Origin: Squalus acanthias
Taxonomy: Eukaryota
Length of the DNA: 64,000 nt
Reading direction: 5' to 3'
Assembly (NCBI GenBank): GCA_030390025.1
Contig: CM059432.1
Location: 119,104,001-119,168,000 of the forward strand
Under the pieces are notes generated by a model. That model worked only from the letters and a program-made list of their open reading frames with translations. It did not search any database and was not told where the DNA came from. The position numbers were made by a program, and so were the translations under genes. This document shows, in pieces, positions 61,414 to 64,000 of the stretch. The stretch's first letter is position 1. Each line of letters begins with the position of its first letter.

Positions 61414-61907
61414 CTTGGATGAGTGCAGCTCCAACAACACTCAAGAAGCTCGACACCATCCAGGACAAAGCAGCCCGCTTGATTGGCACCCCATCCACCA
61501 CCTTAAATATTCACTCCCTCCACCACCAGCGTGCCATGGCTGCAGTGTGTACTATCTACAAGATGCACTGCAGCAACTCGCCAAGGTTTCTTCGGCAGCA
61601 CCTCCTAAACCCGCGACCTCTTCCACCTAGAAGGAAAAGGGCAGCAGGTGCATGGCAACACCACCACCTCCAAGTTCCCCTCCAAGTCACACACCATCCT
61701 GACTTGGAAATATATTGCCGATCCTTCATCGTCGCTGGGTCAAAATCCTGGAACTCCCTACCTAACAGCACTGTGGGAGTACCTTCACCACACGGACTGC
61801 AGCGGTTCAAGAAGGTGGCTCACCACCACCTTCTCAAGGGCAATTAGGGATGGGCAATAAATGCTGGCCTTGCCAGCGATGCCCACATCCCATAAACGAA
61901 TAAAAAT
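61414..61907 (+). mobile_element. CR1-group LINE (second family) 3' end
   Basis: ORF 61419-61847 KKLDTIQDKAARLIG..SWNSLPNS; reverse complement of 37821-38285. Confidence 0.88.
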
Positions 61908-62059
61908 AAACTTTTCCCGGATACTTAAGGCACTAAAGAGCCTCTGAGGTGAGCCAAGATGGGGTCCTGAGCTGCAACACCGGTTTAGTCCGTGTTTAGC
62001 GCAAGACGCCATAAAAATGAAAGGCACTATATAAATGTAAGTCTTTCTTTCTTTTTGGG

Positions 62060-62960
62060 AAAGGAGTTGAAGCCAGCGCTAGGACTAGGCACCCGGAGGC
62101 TCGGTAAGGCTCTGATTGACAATTAAATTGCCTGCTAGCACTCATTAAAGAGGCTGCACGCCAATTTGGTGGCTAGTGCTTTAATTAACGACCTCTCCTA
62201 ACAGCGACCAGCTGGACAGGTAAACAAGTCATTGCTGAGGATTTCGAGTGCTACTTAAAGCTATGCTCAGGTTTCACTATTCAACTGTTGCTGGGGGTTT
62301 GAAGAGAACTTTTGAGACACATCGGGAGACTTTCTGGGAAATTTTGTCAAGACTTCACCAACACTCTATCAACATTCATTCTGGAAATTCTCTGAGGACT
62401 TCACCAAAAGAGAGTGAGTGCTGTGCTACTGTAACATATTGGACTCCTTATAGGAGCCACCAGGAGAAAGGGAGAGCTTGGTCATGGGCATCTTTCTAGG
62501 GAACCCTTTTAGTCTTCAGGAGGAATGGGAGGAGGACATGAGGCCAGGTAGAGCAGCACCAGCTGCTGCAGGAGAGAGGGACAGGAGGACGAGGAGGGCA
62601 AGATGGACTCCTTTCCCCCTGCGGGTACAGGGCATCCTTCCTCCTCTGGAGCTCCTCCACCAGGACCGCCAATGCTGTGTGTGGAAACCTGTGAGCCCTC
62701 TTCCTCGGTCCCTGAGCCAACCTGAAACGCTCTGTTGTGTGTCAGCCAGCGCACTCCATACCTTCAGTGGAAGTGGGTGCATGGAGCCCACATATACAGC
62801 TCCACGAGAATTGCTTCTAAACAGCGATTGAGTGCTCAACCTGCATGTGTCTGTTTAAATCATGGTAATCATCAATTAACTCCAAAATTATGGGCCAAAG
62901 CCAGACTTTCCAACAGGCATATCTTATTAGCACAGCACCCATTTAGCGTCTGTTTTCACC
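62060..62960. mobile_element. Internally deleted Harbinger remnant (transposase 5' end on + fused to Myb 5' end on -)
   Basis: ORF 62496-62720 (-) RKRAHRFPHTALAVLVEELQRRKDALYP; Arg-rich N-terminus on + at 62484-62610; boundaries approximate. Confidence 0.55.
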
Positions 62961-63179
62961 CTTTCACCAAAATAACCCCCAATATGTCTTTGGTGGTGAT
63001 GGTTGAGGGAGGAATATTGGACAGGTCACTAACAGAACTCCCTGCTATTTGTTGAACAGTGCCATGGGATCTTTGGCATCCACTTGAATATGCAGACTGA
63101 GCCTCATCTGAAAGACAACACCTCTTGCAATGTAACACTTCCTTAGTACTGCACTGAAGTGTCATCCTAGATTATGTAG

Positions 63180-63356
63180 TCATGATGTGCTCTTTGATGT
63201 AGGGAAAGATGTGAATAGATTTTGTCTGTGTTTAAATTGTGAATTCTGGGAGATTCTCTCACTGCTAACTTACCTGACGAAGGAGCGAACTGCTCCGAAA
63301 GCTTGTAAAATTAAATAAATCTGTTGGACTATAACCTGGTGTTGTGCGACTTCTCA
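63180..63356 (+). mobile_element. Short Penelope-type retro-insertion
   Basis: 12-bp TSD TAGATTATGTAG (63168-63179, 63357-63368); contains hammerhead and AATAAA. Confidence 0.8.
63270..63308 (+). ncRNA. Minimal type I hammerhead ribozyme
   Basis: Stem I TTAC/GTAA; core CUGACGA(A); stem II GGAGC/GCTCC; GAAA; palindromic AGCT stem III; CUU cleavage triplet. Confidence 0.75.
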
Positions 63357-63717
63357 TAGATTATGTAGGGCTTGAATCCACAGCTTTTTGACTCACAGGC
63401 GAGGATGCTAGTAATTGAGCCAAGCTGCCACTAGCGGATAGAAAAGAACAGCTGAGAAATGCAAAACTAATTGTGCTCAACAAGTTCTTCTCCAATTTAT
63501 AATGCCGTCAACTTGTAGAAAGATTTTTCCCATGTTGCGACTGTAAATTCTTGTTAAAATCACCTCTAAACATTTTCTGTTCCTTTGTGGACTATATGTA
63601 GCACATGCCATGAATCAGTCTTAAACCATTACCCTCTTAAACACTCTTTGTTCATTTTGCTGATTTTGAATCGAGAAGGTTGAACTTTATTAATCTTTTT
63701 ATAATGAGTATTCGTAG

Positions 63718-64000
63718 GTGGTGGGGAAACTTTTAGAGCCAATAATCCGGGACAAAATTAATTGTCACTTGGAAAAATATGGGTTAATAAATGACAGCCA
63801 GCATGGATTTGTTAAAGGCAAATCATGTTTGTCTAACTTGATTGAGCTCTTTGATGAATTAACAAAGAGGGTTGATGGAGGTAGTGCTGTTGATGATTTG
63901 TAGATGGACTTTCAAAAGATGTTTCATAAAGTACCACATAATAGACTTGTTAGAAAAATTAAAGCCCATGAGATTAAAGGGACAGTGGCAGCGTGGATAT
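63718..64000 (+). mobile_element. CR1 RT fragment, cut by window end
   Basis: VGKLLEPIIRDKI..SQHGFVKGKSCLSNLIE. Confidence 0.9.

Larger units (their letters stand above)
62990..63430 (-). mobile_element. tRNA-derived Deu-domain SINE (SacSINE1-like), split by a 177-bp insert
   Basis: Minus strand: A-box TGGCTCAAT, B-box GGATTCAAGCC, then CAGTGCAGTACT.AG..GGATG..AAAGATCCCATGGCACT..GGGGAGTTCT. Confidence 0.75.

Noticed and set aside
143..63903. Many 60-140 aa ORFs in the track
   Set aside because: Antisense or alternate-frame shadows of LINE and Harbinger coding sequence

Overview
Eukaryotic, repeat-dense DNA, most likely from a cartilaginous fish (shark). That call is inferred from the repeat complement: CR1/L3 LINEs with (TTCTATG)n-type tails, a Deu-domain tRNA SINE, an LF-SINE-like element and shark-type Penelope ends. 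No host gene is confidently recognised. Most of the window is nested, largely decayed transposable elements. These include several PIF/Harbinger families (HARBI1-like DDE transposase plus a convergent three-exon Myb/SANT gene) and their MITEs, many CR1 copies (two near full-length with an esterase ORF1), RTE, L2, Vingi-like and Penelope fragments, a hAT MITE and two ~1.65-kb solo LTRs. The strongest leads are: (1) two highly diverged solo LTRs sharing a long TATA-to-polyA region, a splice donor before the polyA signal and a covarying hairpin containing a perfect Pol III B-box; (2) Harbinger-type elements that appear to make 2-bp AT target-site duplications; (3) a MITE family with three palindromes showing compensatory changes plus promoter and splice signals; (4) an A>G-hypermutated duplicate CR1 3'UTR; (5) a 177-bp hammerhead-ribozyme retro-insertion; (6) a 5'-inverted (twin-primed) CR1. 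Family names come from motif recall, not database searches. Boundaries without a stated TSD or TIR are approximate.
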